Below are positions 40,494 to 50,068 of a stretch of 64,000 nt of DNA, one piece after another (within the stretch, counting starts at the first letter, position 1; each line of letters starts with the position of its first letter). Source of the DNA: Halorussus marinus (GTDB taxonomy: Archaea; Halobacteriota; Halobacteria; Halobacteriales; Haladaptataceae); the NCBI RefSeq assembly GCF_004765795.1, contig NZ_SBIV01000003.1, forward strand, positions 248,001 through 312,000. The letters are read 5' to 3'. The notes under the pieces were generated by a model. The model did no database searches. It saw only the letters and a program-made list of their open reading frames with translations, and was not told the DNA's origin. The translations under genes were made by a program, and so were the position numbers.

Positions 40494-41918
40494 TCAGAAC
40501 ACGTCCTCGGCGTCGAGCCGCCCGTCCCGGAGCTCGCCGCGCGCGGTGAGCTTCTGCCCGAGGGTCACGTCGGTGTTCGCGTCGACGCTCACCGTCTCTT
40601 CGCCGTCGTCGAGGATGATCGGGTCGCCGGCCTGCACGACGGTGCCGGTGAACTCGACGACCTCGCCGCTCTCCTCGGCGGTCGCCGCCGCGTTCGAGCC
40701 GCCGTCCGCCGCCGACTCCGCCCCGTCGCCGTCCGCGAAGTCGTCGAGTCCGGGGCCGTCGCCGCCGGTCGCGCCCGCGTCGGCTGGACTCCCATCGTCA
40801 CCGGGCTCGGCCTCGCTGAAGACGGTCACGGTCGACTGCCAGCCCGCCGAGCCCTCGATGTCGTCCTCCCAGCCGTCCTGAATCTCGATGTCCGCGAGCT
40901 GGACCTCGTCGCCGGGCGCGATCTCTTCGTCTGCTTTCTCGCCCCAGAGCGCGACCCGGAGGTCCCCGGTGTCGTCCTGCACGCGGATGTTACGGACCTG
41001 CCCCTCCGAGCCGTCGTCGCGGTCGAAGGTTCGCTTGGGATCGGCCGACCGGACCACGCCCGCGATGTCGACCTCGTCGCCGATCTCGAGGTCGGCGATG
41101 TCGGCGGTCTCGGGAACGTACTCGACATCTTCGTCGATCTGTTCGACGGCGCCCCGGTCGCCGACGTGGAGTTCGAGGCTCCCGTCGCGCTCGCGGACGT
41201 AGCCGTCGACGACCTCGACGGAGGTCCCGGCGTCGAGCTCCGCGGCGCGGTCGGCCCGATCGTCCCAGAGGGTGACCCGGACCCGGCCGGTCTCGTCGCC
41301 GACCTTCAGGTTCGAGACGCGACCCTCCGAGCCGTCGTCGCGATCGAAGGTCCGGATGGCGTCGGTGTCGAGCACCTTCGCCCGGAGGTTCACGTCCGAG
41401 AGCCCGAGCGAGAGGTCCTCGATCCGGTAGGTGTCCTGGACTTGAACGTCGATGTCGGCGTCGTCGTCGGCCTCGGCCTGATTCACGTTGACTTCGACGC
41501 CGTTGTACCCCTCCTTGGGTCGGCCCGCGATACGGAGCGTCTCGCCCACTTCGAGTTCGTCCTCGCCGGCGTCGGCCTGCTTGTCCCAGAACGTGATGCG
41601 GACCGACCCGGTCTCGTCGGCGACTTCGACGTTCAGCACGCGGCCGTCCTCCTGATCGCCGTCGCGCTCGAAGCTTCGAACGTCGCCGATGCCGACGACC
41701 TTCGCGACGAACTTCACCTCCTCCATGCCGGGCTCGATGTCCGCGACGCTGTCGACCTCCCCGCCCTCCTCGTCGAGCTCGTGAGCGATGAGCATCGCCG
41801 CCGTCTCCTCGTCGGCCAGCCCGCCCATCTGTGCCACCTTCTCCTCGACCGCCTCGCGGAACTCCTCCAGAGAGATATCTGCGTCGAGGTCGGCGTGAAC
41901 GTCCTCTATCGCGCCCAT
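40494..41918 (-). CDS. rpaC: Replication protein A with three OB folds
   Basis: MGGLADEETAAMLIAH; three F(E/D)RD..G.V..DETG/DDTG..W repeats. Confidence 0.9.
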   Translation of the reverse strand: MGAIEDVHADLDADISLEEFREAVEEKVAQMGGLADEETAAMLIAHELDEEGGEVDSVADIEPGMEEVKFVAKVVGIGDVRSFERDGDQEDGRVLNVEVADETGSVRITFWDKQADAGEDELEVGETLRIAGRPKEGYNGVEVNVNQAEADDDADIDVQVQDTYRIEDLSLGLSDVNLRAKVLDTDAIRTFDRDDGSEGRVSNLKVGDETGRVRVTLWDDRADRAAELDAGTSVEVVDGYVRERDGSLELHVGDRGAVEQIDEDVEYVPETADIADLEIGDEVDIAGVVRSADPKRTFDRDDGSEGQVRNIRVQDDTGDLRVALWGEKADEEIAPGDEVQLADIEIQDGWEDDIEGSAGWQSTVTVFSEAEPGDDGSPADAGATGGDGPGLDDFADGDGAESAADGGSNAAATAEESGEVVEFTGTVVQAGDPIILDDGEETVSVDANTDVTLGQKLTARGELRDGRLDAEDVF

Positions 41919-42106
41919 AATCGTATTAGCGAGCAGGGCTGGCCCGCGCTTAAGCATTGTCCTTGGCGCGGACGCCGCTCCGTCTCGGTCACGTCGGGCG
42001 ATTTTTCGGACGGCGGTTTCCATCGTTCGCGGGCCCGTTCGGGCCCGCCCGCGGTCGGCTCTCGGGGGGTCACGCGCCGAACTGGTCGCCCCTCTCGGTA
42101 TAAATC

Positions 42107-42583
42107 TTAGCTCGGGTCGGCGGACGCGACGGCGCTCGTCTCGCCGAGCGCCTCGTGGGTGACCGTCACGCTCGCCGGTAGGCCGCCGTCGAAGGCGAAC
42201 GACGCCTCGTAGTCGATCTCCGAGACGCAGTCGGCACACGCCTCCGCGTCGTCGCGCCGGACGCTCTCGACGGTCACGGCGAGCGAGTCGGCGTCGGGAT
42301 CGTAGTCCGCGCCGGCCAGCCGCGCGACGTGACACGCGTCGGCGCCCGGAACAGTCCCGGTGACCTCGACTATCCCCTCCTCGGCGTCGAAGCCGACGGT
42401 CGCGTCGTTCGCCGCCGTTCCGCAGTCGGCGTCGGTCATCTCGAACGACTCCTCGGCCAGCGTCGGCGCGGTCCCGCCTCCACCGCTTCCCTCCTCCGGT
42501 ACTCCGTATCGGTCGAGACACCCGCCGAGCGACGCGGCGGCGAGGGACGCGCCGGCCCCGGCGAGCAGTTCGCGTCGGTCCAT
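42107..42583 (-). CDS. Tat lipoprotein, Cys-containing
   Basis: MDRRELL..LGGC; DCG, ACH, CADC. Confidence 0.75.
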   Translation of the reverse strand: MDRRELLAGAGASLAAASLGGCLDRYGVPEEGSGGGGTAPTLAEESFEMTDADCGTAANDATVGFDAEEGIVEVTGTVPGADACHVARLAGADYDPDADSLAVTVESVRRDDAEACADCVSEIDYEASFAFDGGLPASVTVTHEALGETSAVASADPS

Positions 42584-42717
42584 ACGGACGACCACGATCT
42601 CGACTTTCATAGTCTTGATGTTTGGAAAAATAGGTCTTTGAGTCTCCCGTGCCTACGTCTCTCACTGGACGCCCAGACCGTAACCCCTATTAGTTGAACC
42701 GGCCAACGTAGAGTTGA

Positions 42718-42790
42718 GTCCTGATAGGGTAGTGGACTATCCTCTTGGCTTGCGGAGCCAGGGACCGGAGTTCAAATCTCCGTCAGGACG
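42718..42790 (+). tRNA. tRNA-Arg (anticodon GCG)
   Basis: Acceptor GTCCTGA/TCAGGAC, anticodon loop ttgcgga, T-loop GTTCAAATC. Confidence 0.96.
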
Positions 42791-43083
42791 CTCACTACGT
42801 TTTCGACCTGACGTGGTTCGCGCTCGCGACGCTCGCGTGAACCTCCGTCAGGACGTTTTCACAGAGTAAGCACGCGAGGGCTTTCTGTGAATCTCACAAA
42901 TTGCGGAGTGAAAACGTCACCACGGAGATTTGAGCAGACGAGTCGCACGCCCGGAAGCACAACGGAGTGAGCATCCCGGACCGTCTCGGCCAGTTCAAAT
43001 CTCCGTCAGGACGCTCACTACGTTTTCGACCTGACGTGGTTCGCGCTCGCGACGCTCGCGTGAACCCCCGTCGGGACGTTTTT
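42769..43083 (+). repeat. About 90-bp direct repeat (period 223 bp) beginning inside the tRNA-Arg 3' end
   Basis: agttcaaatctccgtcaggacgctcactacgttttcgacctgacgtggttcgcgctcgcgacgctcgcgtgaacc at 42769 and 42992. Confidence 0.93.
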
Positions 43084-43163
43084 CGCGCGACGCATCGACG
43101 ACGAGCACAGCGACTCGTCCGAGTCCCGAAGCCACTTGCTCGCCGACGTCGTACTGCTCGCGC

Positions 43164-43781
43164 ATGGACGACCACCTCCGGGCGGGCATCGCCGTCTACA
43201 ACGCGGGGGAGCACCACGCCGCCCACGACGCGTGGGAGGACCACTGGCTCGGCCTCGACGCCGGCACCGACGACGAGCGGTTCCTCCACGGACTCATTCA
43301 GTTCACCGCCGCGGTCCACCACGCCCACGGCGCGAACTGGGTGGGCGTGCAGGGGCTCGCCGAGAGCGCGGCGGCGTACCTCGCCGACCTCCCGGCCAAC
43401 TACCGCGGGGTGAACGTCGCCGCGGTCCGGCGGTGCCTCCGAGCGCTCGCCGCCGATCCGGAACACGTCGAGCGCGCCGCCCCGCCGCGCTTGCGCGCGG
43501 ACGGACTGGCCCTGGTGCCCGAGGACCTGGAGTTCGACGCCGCCGCGATCGCGGCCGTGACCCTCGCCGAGGAGTACGGCTACGACGAGGCCGTCATCGA
43601 GCGCGGCGTCGACTACGCCCGCGAGGACCTCGCCGACGGGCAGGCCAATAGCTCGTTCGTCACGTTCGTGATGGACTTCGCGCGCGACGCCGCCAATCGG
43701 GGGATCGTCTTTCGGCGACTGCGCCAGCACGTCGCCGAGCGACGCCGCCGCGAGACCGACGTCGAGGGACTGTTCGAGTGA
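43164..43781 (+). CDS. DUF309 domain protein
   Basis: HAAHDAWEDHW, FLHGLIQFTAAVHH. Confidence 0.88.
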   Translation: MDDHLRAGIAVYNAGEHHAAHDAWEDHWLGLDAGTDDERFLHGLIQFTAAVHHAHGANWVGVQGLAESAAAYLADLPANYRGVNVAAVRRCLRALAADPEHVERAAPPRLRADGLALVPEDLEFDAAAIAAVTLAEEYGYDEAVIERGVDYAREDLADGQANSSFVTFVMDFARDAANRGIVFRRLRQHVAERRRRETDVEGLFE

Positions 43782-43837
43782 CCGATCGACCCCGTCGCGC
43801 CGCCGGGTGACCGACCCGTTCGATCTGCCGACCCCGG

Positions 43838-43999
43838 TTAGCGCCGGAGCGTCACGTTCGTGCTACCGCAGTCCGGACAACTGGTCATCCGGCCCAGCGA
43901 CGGCGACTCCACGTTCTCCCAGTCGTCGCCGTCCGACGCCGCTTCGAAGCCGCAGTTCGTGCACCGCGATACCGACTGCTGTCCGTCCGTCTGTGACAT
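43838..43999 (-). CDS. Small CPxCG zinc-finger protein (53 aa)
   Basis: CTNCG...CPDCGSTNV. Confidence 0.8.
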   Translation of the reverse strand: MSQTDGQQSVSRCTNCGFEAASDGDDWENVESPSLGRMTSCPDCGSTNVTLRR

Positions 44000-44081
44000 A
44001 CGATCTCGTACGACAAGCACTTCAATAGGTGTTTGGGTCGCCGTCGCACGCCCCGTGGGGCCGCCGTCTCCTCGGAGCGGG

Positions 44082-44843
44082 CTACTCGTCGACCTCGGCG
44101 TCGGCGAACTCCGCGGAGTTGTCCTGCGGGTCGTAGCCGAGCACGTCCTTCGCGCGCTCGATCGAGTAGTACTTCCGGTCGTTGTCCGAGATGCCGTAGA
44201 CGATCTCGTAATCGTAGTCGGCTTCGAGACATCGGTCGAAGAGATGTGCACAGTCTCGGTGAGAGAGCCACATCGCCTGCCCGCGCTCGTAGTCACGCGG
44301 CGGATGGTCCTTGGTGAGATTGCCGATCCGGACGCAGACGACGCTCAGGTCGTGGTGGTCGTGGTAGTAACGCCCGAGCACCTCGCCGCTGGCCTTGCTC
44401 ACGCCGTAGAGGTTGCTCGGTCGGGGGAGTTCGGTCCCGTCGAGTCGGAACTCGTCGCTGGGGCGGTACATTTCCGGGGTGCGCTCGTCGGTCTCGAACG
44501 CGCCGACCGCGTGGTTCGAGGAGGCGAACGCGAACTTCTCGACGCCGGCGTCGACCGCCGCCTTCAGCACCGTCCGGGTGCCGTCGATGTTGTTCGCCAG
44601 CACGCTGTCCCACGGCGCCTCGGGGCGGGGATCGCCCGCCAGATGCACGACGGCGCCGACGCCCTCGACCGCCTCGCGGACCGCCTCCTCGTCAGTGATG
44701 TCGGCGACGACGAACTCGTGGTCGACGTCGCGGGTCGGCGGGTCCCGATCGAGCAGCCGCCAGTCGTACTTCCCAGACAGCTCCGAGAGGATGGCCTGCC
44801 CGACGCGGCCCTCCGCGCCCGTAAGCAGGACTGGGTCGTCCAT
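44082..44843 (-). CDS. azf: NAD-dependent glucose-6-phosphate dehydrogenase (extended SDR)
   Basis: LLTGAEGRVG, HLAGDPRPEAPWDSVL, YGVSK, ERGQAMWLS, YGISDNDRKYYS. Confidence 0.88.
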   Translation of the reverse strand: MDDPVLLTGAEGRVGQAILSELSGKYDWRLLDRDPPTRDVDHEFVVADITDEEAVREAVEGVGAVVHLAGDPRPEAPWDSVLANNIDGTRTVLKAAVDAGVEKFAFASSNHAVGAFETDERTPEMYRPSDEFRLDGTELPRPSNLYGVSKASGEVLGRYYHDHHDLSVVCVRIGNLTKDHPPRDYERGQAMWLSHRDCAHLFDRCLEADYDYEIVYGISDNDRKYYSIERAKDVLGYDPQDNSAEFADAEVDE

Positions 44844-44921
44844 TCAGGTCGAGAGACGAAGGGCCGCGATAAGTAAGGTACGATTCGGGGCGGTCAGTCT
44901 CCGGCCCCGGCTCCTCGGGAG

Positions 44922-45149
44922 TCACCCGAGCCGCGGGCGGACTTTCCGCCGTGCGAGCATCGTCGCGAACGCGAGCGCGACGAGGCCGACGTAGGCGTAC
45001 CAGGCCGCGAGCAGTCGGTCGCCCCCGACCAACTGCTGGAGGCCGTTGTACTCGGCCGCGACGCCAAGCGCGGACAGCGCGACCGTCATCCCGCCGTACA
45101 ACACGAGCGCGAGCAGTTCCGATCCGATCTCGGTGAGGATTCCGTACAT
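44922..45149 (-). CDS. Small 2-TM membrane protein
   Basis: MYGILTEIGSELLALVLYGG..; two hydrophobic helices. Confidence 0.65.
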   Translation of the reverse strand: MYGILTEIGSELLALVLYGGMTVALSALGVAAEYNGLQQLVGGDRLLAAWYAYVGLVALAFATMLARRKVRPRLG

Positions 45150-45240
45150 TCGCTTCGAGCGATGGGCCTGACGGCTATCGTCTTTTCGCCTCGGTCGAAT
45201 GTAGCAAGTCTTTTCGGCTTCCTCGCCGGACTTCGTCGCT

Positions 45241-45468
45241 ATGGGACGATACGGCGATCTGGAGTACGAACGGTTGGCCAAACGCGGCTTCCTGCTGAGT
45301 CTGGCGCTCCTCGCGGTCGGTGCCGGCGGCGAACTGACCGCCGCGACGATGCACGCCTCGCTCCCGGCGTGGGAACAGACGCTTCTGTTCGACATGGAGG
45401 TCGTCGGCACGCTCGGTATCCTGCTGTGTCCGCTGGTGTTCGGCGTGGTGTTGCCCCTAACCGAGTAA
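45241..45468 (+). CDS. Small 2-TM haloarchaeal membrane protein
   Basis: MGRYGDLEY..LPAWE..PLVFGVVLPLTE. Confidence 0.78.
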   Translation: MGRYGDLEYERLAKRGFLLSLALLAVGAGGELTAATMHASLPAWEQTLLFDMEVVGTLGILLCPLVFGVVLPLTE

Positions 45469-45495
45469 CGACCGAAGAAACCCCAACCGCGCGGC

Positions 45496-46104
45496 TCAGG
45501 CGAGTCGCGCGAACGCCAGATTCCCGCTGATGTTCTTGATGTAGATCTGGACCACGTCGCCCTCCTGAGTGCCGGGGACGAAGATGGTGTAGTTGCCCTT
45601 CTCGGCGACGCCGTCGCCCTTCCGGCCGGTGCCGGTGATCTTGACCTCGTAGGTGGCACCCTCCTCGACGGCGTCCCGGCTCTGGGTCTGGCTCGACGTC
45701 GAGCGCTTGGTGACCGGCCGGAACGCCCCGCAGGCGTCACATCGAAGCATCAGGTTGCGGTTCTCGCGGACGAGCCGGGTGTCGGGAAGCCCACACTCCG
45801 AGCAGAGGACGAACTCCTCGATGTAGCTCTCGATGGCGGCGTCGAAGTCCCCGCCCGAGAAGGTCCCGTTGTAGCGGGCGCGGCCCTCTTCGAGCTTCCC
45901 GTTGGTCCCGAGCTCGCGCTGGAGCGTGCTGTGGACGTGCTCGGGATCGCGGCCGAGCGCGTCGGCGATGTCGCTCAAGTTGGTGAGTCGGGTGAACGCG
46001 CCGTCCTTCTGGGCCTCGGCGTCCGGATAGCTGAACCGGTCGGTCTGGCCTTCGAAGTCCGGGGTCGCGTCCATCGCGCGGTCGAGGCTGGCTGTGTAGT
46101 CCAT
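45496..46104 (-). CDS. Translation initiation factor 2 beta subunit with C-terminal TRAM domain
   Basis: CSECGLPDT..CDACGA zinc ribbon; GRKGDGVAE..IFVPG TRAM. Confidence 0.94.
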   Translation of the reverse strand: MDYTASLDRAMDATPDFEGQTDRFSYPDAEAQKDGAFTRLTNLSDIADALGRDPEHVHSTLQRELGTNGKLEEGRARYNGTFSGGDFDAAIESYIEEFVLCSECGLPDTRLVRENRNLMLRCDACGAFRPVTKRSTSSQTQSRDAVEEGATYEVKITGTGRKGDGVAEKGNYTIFVPGTQEGDVVQIYIKNISGNLAFARLA

Positions 46105-46183
46105 ACGGTCGAGAGGCGGTCGACACGGATAGGTATTCCGTGTTCCGTGGGCGTCTGGGCCCCGGTCCGTCGACATCCCGGGG

Positions 46184-46354
46184 CTACGCTCGGTCCGCCG
46201 ACGAGCCGTCTTCACCGGCGTCGGACGACTCCTCGTCGACGTCGAGCAACTGGAGCGCTTGCCGAACGTGGAAGTCCTTCGGCTCGGCGTCGTCGGCGTC
46301 GAGCGCGTCCCGGAGGTGATCGATCGCCTCGTCTCTGGCGTCGATGTCTTTCAT
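46184..46354 (-). CDS. Small acidic protein (56 aa), absent from ORF track
   Basis: Hand translation MKDIDARDEAIDHLRDALDADDAEPKDFHVRQALQLLDVDEE..; halophile-like codon use. Confidence 0.65.
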   Translation of the reverse strand: MKDIDARDEAIDHLRDALDADDAEPKDFHVRQALQLLDVDEESSDAGEDGSSADRA

Positions 46355-46457
46355 CGCCGACCCAACGCCCCGCTGGCGTAAATACGTTGGCGCGACGGCG
46401 GACAGACCAGCTCGCGAAAGGGCAGGAACTTAGCGGTCGGGGCGCCCACTCTCGGCC

Positions 46458-46805
46458 ATGGACCCAACCGACCGCGAGTCGGCCTGCTTCGAGGCGGGCA
46501 TCAAGTTCGGCGCGCTCTACCACCAGTTCGCCGGGACGCCGGTCAGCCCCCGGAACGCGGCGAGCCTCGGGGCCGCCATCGAGGAGTCGATCGAGAACCA
46601 GCCGTTCTGCGAGGCGGTGACCGTCGAGATCCTGACCGACGAGCTCGAGGCCGAACTCGCCGACGCGCCCGCCGAGTACACCGAGCTCACGGGGCGGTTC
46701 ATGGAGGTCGAGATCGTCGTCGACCGCGAGGGAGTCGGCGTCACCGCGCGGATGGAGATGGACGACGGCTACCCGCGGATGCGAGTCGACTCCGTCTCGG
46801 AGTGA
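46458..46805 (+). CDS. mptD: Archaeal dihydroneopterin aldolase
   Basis: FEAGIKFGALYHQFAGTPV, NQP, YTEL, GYPRM. Confidence 0.9.
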   Translation: MDPTDRESACFEAGIKFGALYHQFAGTPVSPRNAASLGAAIEESIENQPFCEAVTVEILTDELEAELADAPAEYTELTGRFMEVEIVVDREGVGVTARMEMDDGYPRMRVDSVSE

Positions 46806-46809
46806 TCGA

Positions 46810-47214
46810 CTACGACGGGCTGGGCGTCCGGACCGTCGAGAGGTAGGCGGTGATGTCGGTCGTGGTGACGATGCCCACGACGTTGTCCTCGTCGTCGACG
46901 ACCGGGACGTGCTGGAACCCGTTGTCCACCATCAGGTCGGCGATCTCCCGGACCTCCGCGTTCGCCGTCGTAGTGGTCACGTCGGTCGTCATGTAGGTCG
47001 CGACTGTCGCGTCGCTCGCCCACCGCTGTTCGGCGGCGACGTGGACGAAGTCGGTCGCGGTGAGGATGCCTTCGAGGCGGCCGTCGTCGCTCGTGACGAT
47101 GACCGAGCCGATGCCCTCGTCGAGCATCGTCTCGGCCGCGCGGTGGGCCGGCGTGTCCGGCGATACCGTCTTTACGGGCGAGGACATGAGCCGTCCGACG
47201 AAGATATCTTCCAT
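46810..47214 (-). CDS. CBS-pair protein
   Basis: Two CBS repeats (GILTATDF; HVPVVD..GIVTTTD). Confidence 0.92.
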   Translation of the reverse strand: MEDIFVGRLMSSPVKTVSPDTPAHRAAETMLDEGIGSVIVTSDDGRLEGILTATDFVHVAAEQRWASDATVATYMTTDVTTTTANAEVREIADLMVDNGFQHVPVVDDEDNVVGIVTTTDITAYLSTVRTPSPS

Positions 47215-47427
47215 ACGGACCGGTTCTGGTCCGCGAAAGATAAGCATTGGCTTCGAGAGAGGTCACGCCGCCGGGCCGCCGTACGCCGGTCCGTCGACGC
47301 CGACGCCTCGGTCGACCCTCACCGGGTCGTCGTTTTCGGTTTCGGTCGAGACTCACCCGTCGCGTTGGTGGGTTTCACTTCCGGTTTCGGGCATGGTTTT
47401 AAACATGATGGGGCCGAAACCGAACGT

Positions 47428-47877
47428 ATGAGCCAATCGACACTCGACGAGGACGAACTGTTCGGCGAGGCCGCGACCGAGGTCCGCGACGACGTCGAGT
47501 CGAGCCTCGCGGACGCGGCGGCCGCGCTCCCCGCGGCCGACGACGTCTGGGAACTCGACGCCGACAACACCCTCGGCGCGCTCAACGCCCTGAGTTCGTC
47601 GCTGGACGCCGGCGACGCCGAGGACCACCTCCGGGACGCCAAAAAGTGGTACACGATGGGCGAGCGCGCCGACGCCTTCGAGGACGCCGACGACCTCGAA
47701 GCCGAGATCGAGCGTCTGGAGACCGCCATCGACGACGTGGCCGACGCCAAGGCGCAGGTCGGCGAACTCACGAGCACGATCCCGGCGCTGAAGAACGCGC
47801 TCGAAGGGCTCGACGACGAGTCCGAGGCCACCGACGCCGACGACGCCGACGAGGACGCCGAACCCGCAGAAGCCTGA
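47428..47877 (+). CDS. DUF5790-like conserved protein
   Basis: MSQSTLDEDELFGEAA, LRDAKKW..GERADAF. Confidence 0.8.
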   Translation: MSQSTLDEDELFGEAATEVRDDVESSLADAAAALPAADDVWELDADNTLGALNALSSSLDAGDAEDHLRDAKKWYTMGERADAFEDADDLEAEIERLETAIDDVADAKAQVGELTSTIPALKNALEGLDDESEATDADDADEDAEPAEA

Positions 47878-47894
47878 GCCCGAGCCTTCGGCCG

Positions 47895-48632
47895 TTACTT
47901 GTGGGGCGGTCGGCTCGCGTCGCGCGACTCGACCGCCTCCAGTAGCGCCGCCAGCGCCGCGCTCGCCAGTTCGAGCAGTTCGTCTCCCCGGTCGGCGTCG
48001 CCCGCGGTCGGGTCCCCGACCACGCCGTTGTCGGTGAACTCCGCCGAATCGAACGCGAGATTCGCGTAGCTGACCCACTCGCCCCAGCCGTCGGCGCCGC
48101 CCTCGCGGGCGGCCTCGATGCGGTCCTCTCGGACCAACTCGGGCGCGATCGCGCGCAACAGCGCGGTTTCGAGGGGTCCGCCGTGGCCCATCTCGTCGCT
48201 GTGATCCCCGACCGCTTCGAACCACGTAAACGGAACGGCGTAGGCGTCGTCCTCGCGAGCGATCGCGCCCGCGACCTCCCGGAGCGCGGAGACGTTGCCG
48301 CCGTGGCCGTTGACGAGCACGACCCGGTCCCAGCCGTGGTGGGCGAGGCTCGCGACCGTCTCGCGGACGTAGTTCCGGAAGGTGTCCTCGCTCACCCACA
48401 GCGTGCCGGTGAACTGGCGGTGCTCGGCCGCCACTCCGATCGGGATCGCCGGCGCGACGACCACCTCCCCGTCGTAGGCCGTCGCCCCCGCCTCCGCGAC
48501 CGCCTCTGCGGTGTAGGCGTCGGTCCCGAGCGGGGCGTGGGGGCCGTGCTGTTCGGTACTGCCGACCGGGACCACCGCGAGGTCGGTCGCGGCGGCGTCG
48601 GCGTCGGTCCACGTCGCGTCCGAGAGATGCAT
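47895..48632 (-). CDS. Creatininase family amidohydrolase (ArfB-like)
   Basis: PVGSTEQHGPHAPLGTD, NGHGGN, HGGPLET. Confidence 0.9.
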   Translation of the reverse strand: MHLSDATWTDADAAATDLAVVPVGSTEQHGPHAPLGTDAYTAEAVAEAGATAYDGEVVVAPAIPIGVAAEHRQFTGTLWVSEDTFRNYVRETVASLAHHGWDRVVLVNGHGGNVSALREVAGAIAREDDAYAVPFTWFEAVGDHSDEMGHGGPLETALLRAIAPELVREDRIEAAREGGADGWGEWVSYANLAFDSAEFTDNGVVGDPTAGDADRGDELLELASAALAALLEAVESRDASRPPHK

Positions 48633-48714
48633 GTCCGGACGCAGGGCGACCGCGGACTTGTAGCCCCCGATATGGGGCCACACGGCTTATTCGGACTCGC
48701 GGCGTACGCTCGCT

Positions 48715-49032
48715 ATGAGCGAATCAGGCGACGACGACCGCGAACTTGGCATCGACTTCGGCGACGTCGAGGACGACCTCGAAGACGAAGAGTACCCCGT
48801 CTCCGCCGACGAACTGCTCGACCGGTACGGCGACCGCGAGATCGGGATGTCCGACGGCACCGAGTCGTTTCGCGAGGTGCTGGTGACCGGCGGCGACGAG
48901 GAGTTCGAATCGGCCGACGAGGTGCGACAGGCCGTCCTGAACCGGGTCGGAAGCGAGGCGGTGGGCCGGCAGGGCTACTCGGATCGGGGCGCGGGGAGCG
49001 CCCAAGACGAGGGAAGCGACGAGTCGTTCTGA
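48715..49032 (+). CDS. DUF5789-like small acidic protein
   Basis: YPVSADEL..YGD, AVGRQGYSDR. Confidence 0.78.
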   Translation: MSESGDDDRELGIDFGDVEDDLEDEEYPVSADELLDRYGDREIGMSDGTESFREVLVTGGDEEFESADEVRQAVLNRVGSEAVGRQGYSDRGAGSAQDEGSDESF

Positions 49033-49092
49033 CCGGCGCCGGAACTCGACGACCGGGACAAGCGCTAACCCGACCCCGTCCGAACCGCCGGT

Positions 49093-50067
49093 ATGGTTCG
49101 TGTCCTCTCAGACTCGGCGGTCGCACAGTGCCTCTCGCTGTCCGAACTGCTCCCCGTGGTCCGCGAGGCGTTCGTCAGGCAGGGCCGCGACGAAGTAGAG
49201 CGCCCCGAGCGGCCCCACTTCCCGGTCGGCGCGGGGCCCGACGGCTCCGATCCGGCCGGCACCGGGCTGGTGATGCCCGCGTACGTCCGCGGGGCCGACT
49301 ACTACGCGACGAAACTGGTCGGGGTCCACGAGGGCAACGCCGAACGGGGCCTGCCGACGGTCAACGCCCAGATCGCGCTGACCGCGGCCGACACGGGTCT
49401 GCCGGCCGGCTACCTCGCGGGGACCCGCATCACCAACGCCCGGACGGGGTGTATCGGCGGGCTCGCGGCGGCCGAACTCGCGACCGGCCCGGTGACGCTC
49501 GGGCTCCTCGGGGCGGGCACGCAGGCTCGCTGGCAGGCCCGCGCCATCGACGCCGCGACCGACCTCGACGCGGTTCGGGTCTACTCGCCGAGCGACTCGA
49601 AACGCGAGTGTGCGGCCGACCTCGGCGACGAACTCGGCGTCCCCGCCGAGCCGGTCGACGCGCCCGAAGCCGCGGTCGCCGGCGCGAACGTCGTGGTGAC
49701 CGCGACCACCGCCACCGACCCCGTCTTCGACGGCGGGGCGCTCGACCACGGGACGCTCGTCGTCGCGGTCGGGGCCTACGAGGCGGAGATGCGCGAACTC
49801 GACGCCGAGACCTTCGAGCGCGCGAGCCGACTGTTCGCCGACGTGCCCGCGGAGGTCGCGGAGATCGGCGACGCGCGCGAGGCGGGACTCGACGCCGAGG
49901 ACTTCGCGCCGCTGTCTGCGGTGTTCGACGGCGATCGGGGCCGCGAGCGCGCGGACGAGATTCTGGTGGTCGAGAGCGTCGGGACTGCGGTGCTGGACGC
50001 GGCGGCCGCCGAACACGTCTTCGACGCGGCCGAGGCGCGAGACGCGGGCACCGAGGTGCCGCTGTAG
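49093..50067 (+). CDS. Ornithine cyclodeaminase/mu-crystallin family protein
   Basis: MPAY, TNARTG, GAGTQA, AVGAY..ELD, SVGTAVLD. Confidence 0.9.
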   Translation: MVRVLSDSAVAQCLSLSELLPVVREAFVRQGRDEVERPERPHFPVGAGPDGSDPAGTGLVMPAYVRGADYYATKLVGVHEGNAERGLPTVNAQIALTAADTGLPAGYLAGTRITNARTGCIGGLAAAELATGPVTLGLLGAGTQARWQARAIDAATDLDAVRVYSPSDSKRECAADLGDELGVPAEPVDAPEAAVAGANVVVTATTATDPVFDGGALDHGTLVVAVGAYEAEMRELDAETFERASRLFADVPAEVAEIGDAREAGLDAEDFAPLSAVFDGDRGRERADEILVVESVGTAVLDAAAAEHVFDAAEARDAGTEVPL

Positions 50068-50068
50068 C

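Noticed and set aside
40494..41918. Internal repeats encoding TFDRDDGSEG
   Set aside because: Expected tandem OB folds of RPA.
42769..43083. tRNA-linked direct repeat read as a CRISPR array or as attL/attR of a provirus
   Set aside because: Only two long units, no 30-40 nt unique spacers, no cas or integrase genes, and only about 130 bp between the copies.
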